Both the position numbers and the translations under genes were made by a program. Below, piece after piece: positions 52,211 to 64,000 of a stretch of 64,000 nt of DNA. Location of the stretch: positions 45,322,001 through 45,386,000 of the forward strand of contig OX597815.1 in the NCBI GenBank assembly GCA_951406725.2, written 5' to 3'. The stretch comes from Octopus vulgaris. Lineage: Eukaryota. Position 1 is the first letter of the stretch. The number at the start of each line of letters is the position of its first letter. The notes beneath the pieces are model-generated. The model was not told the origin of the DNA and did no database searches. It was given only the letters and a program-made list of their open reading frames with translations.

Positions 52211-52961
52211 GTCCCACAATACGCACAACATAGTTTTACGTGGATGAAGATCTTGTTTCATGCGCGGTGTCGCTTGTTTACCGGGGCTAAGCCATTCCTT
52301 GCGCTGCTTCATATTGACGTACAGGTACCATTTTTCATCGCCAGTAACGATTCTGTAAAGAAATCATTGCTTGTGTCCATGAGTTGAGCGGTGACGAGCA
52401 AGCAAACCAGCGGAGATTGTGGTTCGTTGATTTTTGTTGTCACTTAAAGCCTGCAGAACGCATGCTCCATACTTCTGAACCTTTCCCATCGACTGAGGAT
52501 ACTTCTCTATAGCAGTGTGAGAGCATTCCATTTCCTCTGCCAGTTCCCTTGTCGTTTGACGAGAATTTTCGTGCAAAAGTTGGTTTAATCGCTCTTGATC
52601 GAACTCAACCGGACGGCCAGAACGAGGTACGTCTTTGTGGTAAAAATTTCCATTTTTGAACTTGGCATAGTAATCACGAACGGTTCTTTCAGCTATGGCA
52701 CCCTCTCCATACACAGTATAAATGTCGCGAGCGGCTTTTGCGGCCTTAGAACCTTGATTAAAAGCAAAAAGGTGTCGAAAATGCTCGTTTTTCTTAACTT
52801 GACATTCTATTTTAATGAACTAAAAATAAACAAAAATTAACTAAAATTAACTAGAAAAAAAAAAAAGATTCCAACATCAGTCAAAAATAGATTCCAAAAT
52901 TTAAAAACGCAATAAATTCCAAAATTTTAAAAAACGGCGGGAACTTAGTTGCCAACCCAAT
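52211..52961 (-). pseudogene. Mariner 5' half (TIR plus HTH and start of catalytic region)
   Basis: The minus-strand end reads TA-TTGGGTTGGCAACTAAGTTCC. The protein reads YGEGAIAERTVRDYYAKFKNG...PRSGRPVEFD...TTRELAEEM and IVTGDEKW. Confidence 0.8.
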
Positions 52962-53543
52962 AGATCGATGGTACCAGTACCAGACTTAAAGAAAGTAAAT
53001 ACTGAAGTCAATTTACTCGACTAAGCCCTTCAAGATAGAGCCCCAGCATGGTGCAGTCCAGAACCTGAAATACGTAAAGGATAAAATTTGCCACGCTTAT
53101 AAGTGTTGCACAACTTATAATTCAGATCGTTGTTACACAGAAGAATTTTGGCGAACGTTTGCAAACAGGGACTTTATAAAATTCTTGCTAGAGCACCAGG
53201 AGTGTCAAGATGGAAGTGTCTTCTCTTGTTATTTTCAATGTTGTTCATAATACTGAGGTAGACATGCGCACACCCACGAGCACACCCACCCACAGAGCTT
53301 TACCTCTATCACTTATTTGTTTCAGTCATTAGATTGTGGTCATGCTGGGGCACCGCCTTAAAGAAATTTTAGTCGAACAAATTGACTTCAGCACTTTTTT
53401 AAAGCCTGGTGCTTATTCTATCACCGTTTTTGCCGAACCACTAAGTTACAGGGACACAAACACACACACACTGGTCCTTTTTTATAAATATTGGATCTCG
53501 AAGCACGCAAAGCTACAAATGATTGCTTGTAAATGTCAGATAT

Positions 53544-53600
53544 GGGGATTTAGCTCAATAGTAGAACGACTGTTAAGTGTACAGGAAATGTTCAAGTTCC
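53544..53600 (+). pseudogene. tRNA-Ala-like relic
   Basis: GGGGATTTAGCTCAATAGTAGA resembles the tRNA-Ala 5' half. The 3' half is degenerate. Confidence 0.35.
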
Positions 53601-53756
53601 GCGGGCAGACATCGAAATTTTGCAACCAAAAGGCATTTTGCAACTCAATATTTGCTATCATATATAAAGTGCTATGTGCTTCGAGATTCACTATTCGAAG
53701 ATAGAATTACTTCACATTTTCTCGAAAGATAATGAAATTCTTATTACGTCAACAAT

Positions 53757-54200
<444 letters not shown>

Positions 54201-55328
54201 CACACACACACACAAGTTTTACGCCAACAAAATTCACTCATGAGCTATTGCTTAACCAAGGGTCACAGTAGATATTTACGTAAGGTGCCGCTCAATGAGA
54301 CTGAACCCAAACCTGCGTGGTTGCAAAGCGAGCTTCTTAACCACACATATGTACCCACAGATAAACGTGTATATATGAATGTAATAATTCAGGTAATTAT
54401 GCCATTTCTTTAGCACACCTGTGAAATATCTTCAGAATGTATTTTGTAGTGGGTTGTACTAAATAGCCCGACAAAGTAATTACAGACGACTAGCTCCAAA
54501 ACTAAAACGCAATGGAAGCCAAAAAAAGAAGAAAAAATACGAAATAGAAAGGAAAATACTTGGAAAGTAAGTCAAAAAATCCTTAAGGAGCCGCAATCTA
54601 TTTCTGAATAGGAATGATATTTTGTTTTTTGTTAGGTTTTTGTGGGGGTGGGGGGAAATCTCAGTGAAAAGGAGGCTTAATAATAGTGTACACCCTTTCC
54701 ACTTCTATCTTTAAGCTTCGAAATTCTTGTTTGTATGTGCCTGTCTTTGGAGAACGCCTGTTGTGTGCGTTCATACATTGTGTATATATATATTTGTGTT
54801 TGTGCGTATGAGCTCGCTAAGTCCGTAAGCAAAACCCAACTACCTATGTCTGTACGGTTTAAAAAGCATAAAAAATATGGTTACGTATAATAAGCAGTAT
54901 ATTATCCAAGAACCAAAATACTTTGTCTTGAGTTTTTATGAAATAAAAGAAAAAATAAATTATTTTTAACCAAAGACTAACGAGATTATTATCGCTTGAG
55001 AGAAGAAATAAATCTTATATTCAGACGCTGACATAAATGTGTGCCTGTGTGTGTGTGTGTGTGTGTGCAAGCGTGTATGTGTGTATGGGTACGTGTGTGT
55101 GTGTGTATGCGTTGAATATATACTACAACCATAATTATATGCATATACACATACGTACATCCATACTAAATGTGTATATACACACTCATACACATATACA
55201 CACACACACATATATATATACACATGCATACACATACATATATACATACATATACATATATACATGTGTGTATTTATGTATGTGTATATATATATATGTA
55301 TGTATTAATACATGTGTGTACACATATA

Positions 55329-55363
<35 letters not shown>

Positions 55364-55994
55364 AGACATACATATGAATATATATGCACACAAAAAACCC
55401 CAAATAGCTTGGAACCCAGTGATAAGTGCAAAGATTGTCTGTCTATTAACTGGAGAGACATTGAGTACACAATTCTGGGCTGGATTTTATCATGATACCA
55501 TCTTAAAGATTCTTCCGCAGTACGGGTTCGTCGGCTCTTACGATAATTAAACATACAGATCTCTTAGTAAGCTATATGCTGTTTCGACAGAAACTTAATA
55601 GGTTTTTATTTTTATTTCGATGAATCTCTCTCTCTCTCTCTCTTTCTATCTCTCCTTCTTTCTCTCTCTTCCCTCTGCCCCCTCTCTCTGTTTTTATAGT
55701 TCGCATAACCTAATACAATTTTACAGCTTTTGGAATCGTATTCAATATAATAAATAACTGCATTACATACGCATATTCATATGCACAAATGTGTATAAAC
55801 ATATAAAACTATGCTACGTGTGTAAATATATATGTAAGTATATATATTTACACACGTTTATTATTGATATATATATATATATATATATATATATCAATAA
55901 TAATAAGGGTAAAATTAATTAATTAATATTTAATAATTTTACCAAGTAGTTCGGCATGTTAAAAGACCCATTTTAATTTTTTATAATTATGAGT

Positions 55995-56182
55995 ATAATT
56001 ATAATTAGGGTTCACCCAAAAAATTGCTTCATCACATACCGAAATTTAGAAATAGCAGCCAAAACTAGCTATTGTTGTCTGGGAGATTTTCTTATGGTAG
56101 AGAAATAGCTAGTTTTGGCTGCTATTTCTAAATTTCGGTATATGGTGAAGCAAATTTTTTGCTGAACCCTAATTATAATTAT
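55995..56182. repeat. ~80-bp arm fold-back (inverted repeat)
   Basis: ATAATTATAATTAGGGTTCA...TAGCAGCCAAAACTAGCTATT pairs with AATAGCTAGTTTTGGCTGCTA...TGAACCCTAATTATAATTAT across a ~30-nt spacer. Confidence 0.85.
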
Positions 56183-56412
56183 ATATATATATATATATAT
56201 ATTTGAATAATTGAATGAATGAATTATCTTATTAAGGATAATTCGAAAGATAACTTATACCTGGGTAGCAAATTCACATCAGAAAGAACACGGTTGAAGC
56301 TACGTTCCTAGGGCATAGACTACGTGTCTTCGTGCGGAAATTTCTATGTTTATTTTAAAATTATAAGTATATGAAAGAATGGAGTTGAACGACTAGTTAA
56401 CAAATATCCTTT

Positions 56413-56497
56413 ATTCTCGACATATGTTTCGAAGGCTGCATATTCCTAATTCCGAAGGAATAAGGAGTACATTATGCAGATTTCTCGTCAGGAAAAT
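56413..56497 (-). ncRNA. Type I hammerhead ribozyme motif, canonical core, long stem II
   Basis: The minus strand reads attttc-CTGACGA-gaa..ctgcata..(cctta ttcc ttc ggaa ttagg)..tatgcag..ttc-GAAA-cat atg-TC-gagaat, with a GUC cleavage triplet. Confidence 0.75.
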
Positions 56498-56684
56498 CAA
56501 GGAACTTATGTCGACATCAAAATGCACAAAAAACTTTTAGCTGACCGCTCTCAAGGAGCCCATGGCGATAATGAGTGTCTCTTTATAATGAGTGACGTCA
56601 GAGTGGCTGAATGTAGAAGTATCTAGAAGTTTCTAAAGGTTCAAGAGTTCAAACGAAGTAGGAGGAGGTAGGCAGTCTGACTGC

Positions 56685-56726
56685 GTTACATTGACAAGGG
56701 ACAATACCCCGAAACGCGTCTGTAGC
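56685..56726 (+). ncRNA. Minimal type I hammerhead ribozyme motif (U3-A8 variant)
   Basis: Reads gttaca-TTGACAA-ggg acaatac ccc-GAAA-c gc g-TC-tgtagc, with palindromic ACGCGT stem III and a GUC triplet. Confidence 0.7.
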
Positions 56727-56979
56727 TGTCGGACTGGCAGTGTGAAGCGGCTGACCTCCCTTGTTCGAAGGTTATAATGGATACAGATCGTGTATCAATA
56801 GCTATCTTAAGGCGGTGGCCTCATGGAGCTGACCAGCGGCAGCGATTATTCTTATATCTATAAGAATGCCATGTTAATATGGCGATAACAATTAATTTCC
56901 AGTAAACGCTGCCGTAATCTCTTTTATAGAGACTTAGTAATTTTAATATTTATATATATATATATATATTGGCTCCCAC

Positions 56980-59468
56980 GTTAGTTAGTTAGTTAGTTAG
57001 TTAGTTAATTTGGCTCAAAAGCAAATAGCAAGGCCATGTAGGGGGACATGGAGTTAAGTACAGGGTGGTGTTCATGTAAAGAGTTCAGGCCACTTGAGGT
57101 CCAGGGAGGCTTTGAACAAAGCGGTCGTCGGCATCTTTACCATCTCGTCTGGCAGCTTGTTCCACGGATCCGCAACCCGGACGGAGAAAGCTCCTCTCCT
57201 TCGATTGAGATGAAATCGTCGCAGGTAGAGCTTTTCGGAATGACCCCGCAGCCGACGCTCTGGAGCAGGAGTGAAGAACAGCTCTTTCGAGAGGTTACAC
57301 TTTCCGCTTATGATGTTGTGGGCGAGAATGAGATCACTACGGCGGCGGCGTTTTTCAAGAGAATAAAGGTCGAGCGTCCTCAGCCTTTCTTCGTAGGACA
57401 AATTTTTGAGACCATGAACCATGCGGGTAGCCAGCTTCTGGACTCTTTCGAGATGCTGTATGTCTTTGAGGAGATAAGGAGAAGAGGCTTGAATCCCATA
57501 CTCCAATATGGGTCTCACCAGCGTGACATAGAGTGGTAGGAATATGGCTGCTGTGAGCATTCCGAATGACCGTCGAATCAAGAACAGAATTCCGCGTGCT
57601 TTGTTGGCAGCATGGACGCACTGGGCCGAAGGCGAAAAGGAGGAATCCACCAAGATACCTAGGTCCTTTACCTGATCGGTCCTCTCCAGCAGCAGACGAC
57701 CCGGCTCGAAATCAAGTTGAGTTGTAGGAGTAGAGCCGACAGGCAGATGACAGCACTTTGACACGTTCAGACACAGGTCCCAATCGTTAGACCACTTCCA
57801 AATTTGGTGGAGGCATCGACGAAGATCCTCTATATTACCGCGAGGAGCGACCAGTTTGATATCGTCGGCAAATAGAAGGGTGTGTTGCGTGAGGTCGTCG
57901 GACAAGTCATTTATGAAGACTAAGAACAACAAGGGCCCAAGCACTGAACCTTGAGGCACGCCACTGCTCGCACTGGAGACGTCGGACCGCGAACCATTAA
58001 CTTGGACTTGGAAGGAGCGATCTGAGAGGAAGGCACCAACCCATCGTACAATATCCGGATGGAAACTATATGCTTGAAGCTTGACAAGTAATAGGCGGTG
58101 GTTTACCGAGTCAAAAGCTTTGGCAAAGTCCAGTAAAACGATGTCAACAGCATCACTATCATCGAGGATGCGCGTCACCAATTCTTCCATTACTAGTAAG
58201 TTGGTCAAGCATGATCTCTTCGGCACGAAGCCGTGTTGGGAATCAGAGATAGAGGCTGTGTTTAGGAGGTGGAGCATCATACTTTTCTTGAGGATGGTTT
58301 CGAACATCTTGCTGATTATTGATGTAAGGGAAACCGGTCGGTAGTTAAGCGGGTCTTCACGGCTCCCTTTCTTGAAAATTGGGCAGATTATCGCTGTTCT
58401 CCAGTCTGCAGGTATAACACCCGTCGCCAATGACATATTGAATAGTCGCGTTAAGGGCTCTCAGATGACCGGAGCCAACGCTTTGATAACCCGTGGGTGT
58501 ATGCCGTCAGGGCCGTGACCCTTGTTGACATCGAGGCCTTGAATAACACGTTTGACTTCGTCCCGCGTGATGACCAATCGAAGCATTGGAGGTACCGATC
58601 TATCAAATGGAGGGGGTTCACGACCATCATCTTGTTTGAAAATAGTTGAAAAAGCCTCGGCAAATAATTGACTCTGTTGATAAGGGTCCTCAATCGATAC
58701 GCCTGTTGAGTCTACCAACGTTGCAATCTGGTTGTTCAAGCGGGAATTCCGCTGGACATGGGCAAAGAAGGTTTTTGGATTGCTACTGGCATTTGCCGCG
58801 ATTTTGTATTCATAACTGAAGCGTTCTTTCTTTTCGATTTTCACGGCTCGGTCTCGTTGTGTTTTGTACACCTCAAAAGCTGCAGTCGAATCCAGATTTT
58901 TGAATTCAGCCCAAGCAATATCTCTGAGTTGACGTTCTCGTTTAACCCTCTTCGTCACCCAGGGCTTGTGTTTCTTCCTCTTGGGAAGCCCAACGGGAAC
59001 TGCCTGGTCAGTCAAACAGATTACATATGCTTTGAGGGATGACCATAGTTCGTCAACTGAGGACAACGTCATCAGGGATCGCCAGTCCAGAAGCGCGGAA
59101 GCCTCGGTTAGAATTTCAAGATTAATTGCAGAGAAGACTCTACGTGGCAGTGAAGTAGTCGTGGGCGCAGAAAAAGTTGTGTGCATGACGAACTTCAGGA
59201 CCGCATGATCACTCTTGGCAAGAGGGACGCACACAGATATCTTGGATAGCGGGAGAATACCAGATCTAGCATAGATGGCTGCTGCCCAGACCGATGCCTT
59301 GTCGGATATTCAACATGTTGCGATAGAAAACAATCTTCAGCCACGTCAAGAAGGGCCTGGCCGAACCGGGAAGATGTTGTACAAATTGATGTGGGCCAAT
59401 CGATCGTGGGAGCGTTGAAGTCTCCTAGTACCAAACAGTCATGCGAAGCTGAAACGAATCTTATGACC
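56980..59468 (-). mobile_element. 5'-truncated CR1-like LINE (partial APE endonuclease plus RT) with (TAAC)n tail
   Basis: Contains GDFNAP...LDLVF and SDH (APE), then GPDGIHP, NYRPVSLTS, QHGF, LDFAKAFDSV, GVPQGSVLGPLLF, FADD and FSVRVADPWNKLP. It has one in-frame TGA (58461-58463), one frameshift (~59235) and a tail repeat at 56980-57006. Confidence 0.92.
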
Positions 59469-60109
59469 ATCGGCCATCATTTTCTTTCTCTCCATTGTAG
59501 CTGGAAGACGGAAGATGTGTTCTTGTTTGTCTTAGCTGTCCTTCCTGTTTGCTTTCAATGTCCTGTTTGTGTTACCAATTTTGACCCTCCGCAAAATCCC
59601 AAATTTAATTTAATCTGCTTTGCGGGAGCAACTGTTTTAATCGAAAGCGTATATTGTTAATGCTTGAAATATGGGACTAGAAAAACGGCCGACAACTGTG
59701 AAGCGTCATTCTTTATGTTCTTAGCTTTGTTTTCCATTTGTGTCTTTCGTTGCTCGAAAGAATAGTTCATGTTCCACGTACTGTGCTTCGTACTTTTTTG
59801 TTGTACATGGCGGAATTTGAACTCAGAACGTAAAGGCAGACGAAATACGCCTAAGCATTTCGCCCGTCGTGCTAACGATTCTGCCAGCACGCCGCCTTTT
59901 GAGTATTGTTTTCTATCAAACTGAAAGAACTCTTCCGGTTGTCTTACTGGGAAAAGGACATCCGTGGTACCCAGTCTAACATGAATCTAAGGCAAAGCAA
60001 AAGTGCTGTATTCTTTCCTTCATTTAAAAAGAGAATCTTCAACTATTTTAAGTAAAAAAAAAAAAGATACAATGTGGATTTCTTTAATAACTTTTTAAAA
60101 TCTTTTTAT

Positions 60110-60515
60110 CTTCTTACTTGTCTCAGTCATTTCACTGCAACCATGCTGGAGCACCGTCTTGAATCGTTTTAGTCGAACAAATCGACACCAGGACTTTTGT
60201 TTTCAAGTGTAGTACTTATTCTATCGGTCTCTTTTGCCGAACTGCTATGTTACAGAACTTAAACACACCAACACTGGTTGTCAAGCAGTGGTCAGGAGAC
60301 AAACACAGACACAAAGACACACTCACACATAGGTATATACATATATATATATATACGACAGGCTTCTTTCAGTTTCCGTTCACCAAATCCACGCACAAGG
60401 CTTTGGTCGGCCCGTGGATATGTAGTAGAAGACCCGTGTCCAAGGTGCCACGCAGTGGGACTGAACCTGAACCATATAGTTGGGAAGCAAGGTTCTTAAC
60501 TCACAGCCACACCTA
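60110..60515 (-). mobile_element. tRNA-derived SINE (family A)
   Basis: Reverse-complement homologue of 33803-34225. Confidence 0.8.
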
Positions 60516-60691
60516 CGTCTTAGTTTATTAAAAATCAAACTTCTTAGACAAACTTTAAATAATATCTATTTCACACAAAAATACATTTCTTACCTTCTTA
60601 TCTTTTTTTATTATCATTTCTTTTATTTATTTATTTTTTAACAAACTGTCGTAATTGACTTGATTTATCAAGAGTACTTATTTCTACTCTA

Positions 60692-60908
60692 CGAGGAATT
60701 GATGAAAAGTCCCTAGCTTTAAGGGTGTCACGAAAGGCCTGGTTGGAGGCCCAACATTCCGAGTTCTTTTACAGGGATCAGAAAAACTGAAGGACCACTG
60801 CGATAAGTGTGTGAATCTGAGAGGGGAATATGTTGAATAAAATCATAATCAACTGATCGCCCTGTATTTTCTTTTACCCAAAGCCAAGAACTATTCAACA
60901 CCCCCTCG
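60692..60908 (+). mobile_element. Internally deleted mariner (MITE)
   Basis: Imperfect TIRs CGAGGAATTGATGAAAAGTCCCTAGCTTT and AAAGCCAAGAACTATTCAACACCCCCTCG. It retains the transposase C-terminus CDKCVNLRGEYVE*. Confidence 0.7.
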
Positions 60909-61208
60909 CATAGTGCTCGCCATGATTTGCAAGAATGCTGGTATTTTCGTTTTTTTACACTATACAAATATCTCGAATATTAAGATGCTAGAGGTTGTGC
61001 TTTACATAACTTCCTCAAATGCATTATCATCATTTTGTAAAATGGACTTTCATCTTTATGAATCGAAGCTGTAATTTGGCTTCGGTTCATCATAAGACTA
61101 CTTCTTATTTGAGGACACTTTCTTCTTCCCAATTCGCAATTATATCCACTGTTGGTTATGAAGCCCATTATTGAGATGGAGGAGTTATGAGCAAATGATC
61201 GAATAAAT

Positions 61209-61286
<78 letters not shown>

Positions 61287-61413
61287 TGATGAATGGATGG
61301 ATGGATGGATTGATGAATGGATAGGTGGCTGGCTGGCTGGATGCATGGATAGGTGGATGGATGAATAGATGAATAGAGAGAGGGGAGAGAGAAAGAAAGA
61401 AAGAAAGAAAGGC

Positions 61414-61521
<108 letters not shown>

Positions 61522-64000
61522 GAATAATAGCCTTGTTCGTAATACGTAAAAGGTTGAATTATCAGAGAACTATTAATATGATTATGTGCATTAAGAAAAT
61601 AAGAGCAGAGAAATTATGAAGGAAGTTTTTGGAAGAGAGTAAGGAATGAAGAAGGGAGGAAGAGGAAACACTCTAACATAACACAATACGTTCATATACT
61701 CATACTTAGATACGTATAGATATACACACATGCGAGGCATTTTTCACAAGCAATTTTAGACGTCATTTCTGATGTACTTCTGCTGGCGGTAATTTCTCTG
61801 TTATGAGCCATTCTTATAAATGGGGGCCTTCAGTAATTCCCTTCCTTAAGTAGTAGCCCCTCTCTTCCGTCGATGTAATAATCAGTGGAAAGTCAAACAG
61901 GGACAGCAGCAGCGTTAAAACAACTTCGAAGTTTTTCATGAAACTAAAACCATCTGCCAAAACTGTTTTATTTTATGAGTCTTTAGAAACGACTGGCTTC
62001 CGTAAATCTAATCCAGACTTATTTTTATTATCTCTCTGAAGTTAGAATTACAAGCTATAAGCGTCGTAACTGGCTAAAGGTAGATTTTTATGTCGTGTCT
62101 ATGAGAGATTTACAACAAGGTTTTGCCATTTAGTTTATCTATGTTTTCTGTTATTTATGTTTTGTTTTTGTTTTTTTGTTTTATATTTGTAACACAGAAG
62201 TTGGATTGATAAAACGTGTCTTTGTCAACTTCGTCAACAGGCTTTAAACATCATTCTATGTAACTGAGAAAATGGTGTTGAAGTCCAATTTATTTCACTC
62301 ATCAGTTATTTAATATTCTAAGTAAAGATGATTTTCAACAACAAAATGACACAAATAAATGCCGGTTATTTTGCTAACTCATTGTTTCTCAATACGAATC
62401 TAATAATGCAGTCAGTCTGTGTGCGTAGATGTATGATCTAACGCTTAGTATTTTGGGCTCCCGATTATAAGGTACTAGGTTCATTCCCCCAGATCGGGCG
62501 GTGCATTGTTTATTTGAATGATACATTATTTCATGTTGCTTCTAGTTCACTCAACGGAAAAGTGAGTTCCAGCCTACCGCTGGTGCAGCATTCTCTTCGT
62601 TTAGTTGTCATATCTCAAACGTTCCACTGAGGCAATGGTGAAAGAGTCGTGAGGGTGTAACCGTGCGTACTCGCACCGTTAAAACAATTATCGAAAGAAT
62701 AGAACCTGCCAGCAAGTCATACTCGCTTGCCAGTGACAACTCTATATGCCTGCAGGTACGTGTGTGTATATGTGTGTGTGCATGTGTGTGTTGTACTGTG
62801 TTGTGTTCATGCTATAGCTTTGTTGAGCTATACGCAAACAAACTAGTAGAGACAAGAAAACATTTATCAAAGGTTTATTACTTTACGTACATCAGGGCTT
62901 AAGTCGTCGGTTATTTCTGTTTAGTTCACACTCACTGTTGACATTCTTTTGTTTTCCTTCTCCTACCGGAACTCCCTGTTCTTTTCCTGCTGACCAACTT
63001 CCTAGCTAGCCCGCAGCAAAGTTTCTGTCTACAGTTCGTCTGTCACGAATCCTGCCCTACAATGCTATATTTTCTTGAAACCAAAAAACTGGATTTATGA
63101 CGAGTTCATGGATGGGATGGAAGATGTGTAGATCACTGTAGTAAATTCTTGGTAGTATAATTAATTTCAACCTCCAACGAATTAAAAGACATTTCAACTA
63201 GTGCAACAAATAGCTACATACTTAGGTTGCTCTATCAAATATGTCTTTGAATATGTCTTCTGCATATTTGTGGTCTTATGTTCAAAAGAAAAAGCGTAAT
63301 TCTTTTCTACAATTGGCACAACGCCTGAAATTTGGGGCAAGGCTGTTAGTCGATTACATCAACCCCAGTGTTCAACTGATACTTATTTAACCAACCCTGA
63401 AAGGATGAAGGGCAAAGCTAACCTCGGTGTTCGTATTTTACCACTTGTGTCCTTCGTAAGAAAGCAAAAAGCAGCTATAGATACCACTATCTTGTAAGCA
63501 GGTACAATAAAATCAGATACAATATATCAATAGTCAGGAACAATGTATCAATGAAATCAATAATTCCCACATTTGTTGACTCTTGAAAAGTTTTCTAACG
63601 TAATTACAGTTTAATAACTACTTAACAGTTTGCTTTTCATAAGTTTACATTGAAATTTTAGTTTATGATATATAATAAACGTATCTCTTTATATCATAAT
63701 TTCCAGCATGTAATCGATGTATTATACAGTGTAAACATGTAGTGTAAACATTCACACCATCTTTGCAAATTCTACTGTTCATTCACATGGAATTTTCGGT
63801 TTTCCAAAGTCGTCTTGTTGTACTAGTCGACTTAACTTTTTTGCTGTAAATTTTTATGGGAAAAATTCGACTTTCTACCGAAAAATACAGTATGGCTAAC
63901 AGTTATAAGAAAACGTCGTTGGCTTTGCTTTTTTGTATTGTATTTTCATACTTTGGGCAAGCATACAAGATAGTTGTGGCGAATTTGTGCCTTTCGTGAA

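Noticed and set aside
58461-58463. In-frame TGA in the LINE ORF2 as programmed read-through
   Set aside because: The copy is 5'-truncated and also frameshifted, so a simple nonsense mutation is more parsimonious.

Overview
This is AT-rich, microsatellite-dense eukaryotic DNA with no recognisable host gene. The tRNA-SINE families and repeat density suggest a cephalopod (octopus-like) intergenic or intronic region; that assignment is inference. The main feature is a very young Penelope-like retroelement (PLE) insertion at about 20974-29840. It consists of a 1.26-kb inverted arm followed by about 1.7 head-to-tail copies of a 4386-bp unit. The complete unit has two overlapping ORFs: an unassigned coiled-coil/basic ORF1 and an RT + GIY-YIG ORF2. 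They are joined by an in-frame U UUU UUA heptamer, a candidate -1 ribosomal frameshift site. Each pseudo-LTR carries a minimal hammerhead ribozyme (HHR) with a compensatory U3-A8 core pair. A separate ~750-bp, highly structured non-coding element (56203-56950) carries HHR motifs on both strands, and a tRNA-SINE family has an HHR-like tail. The rest comprises a CR1-like LINE, an R4/Dong-like 3' end in (TAA)n, Tc1/mariner relics, MITEs, Helitron pieces and many SINEs. Almost all other listed ORFs are microsatellite translations or antisense shadows.
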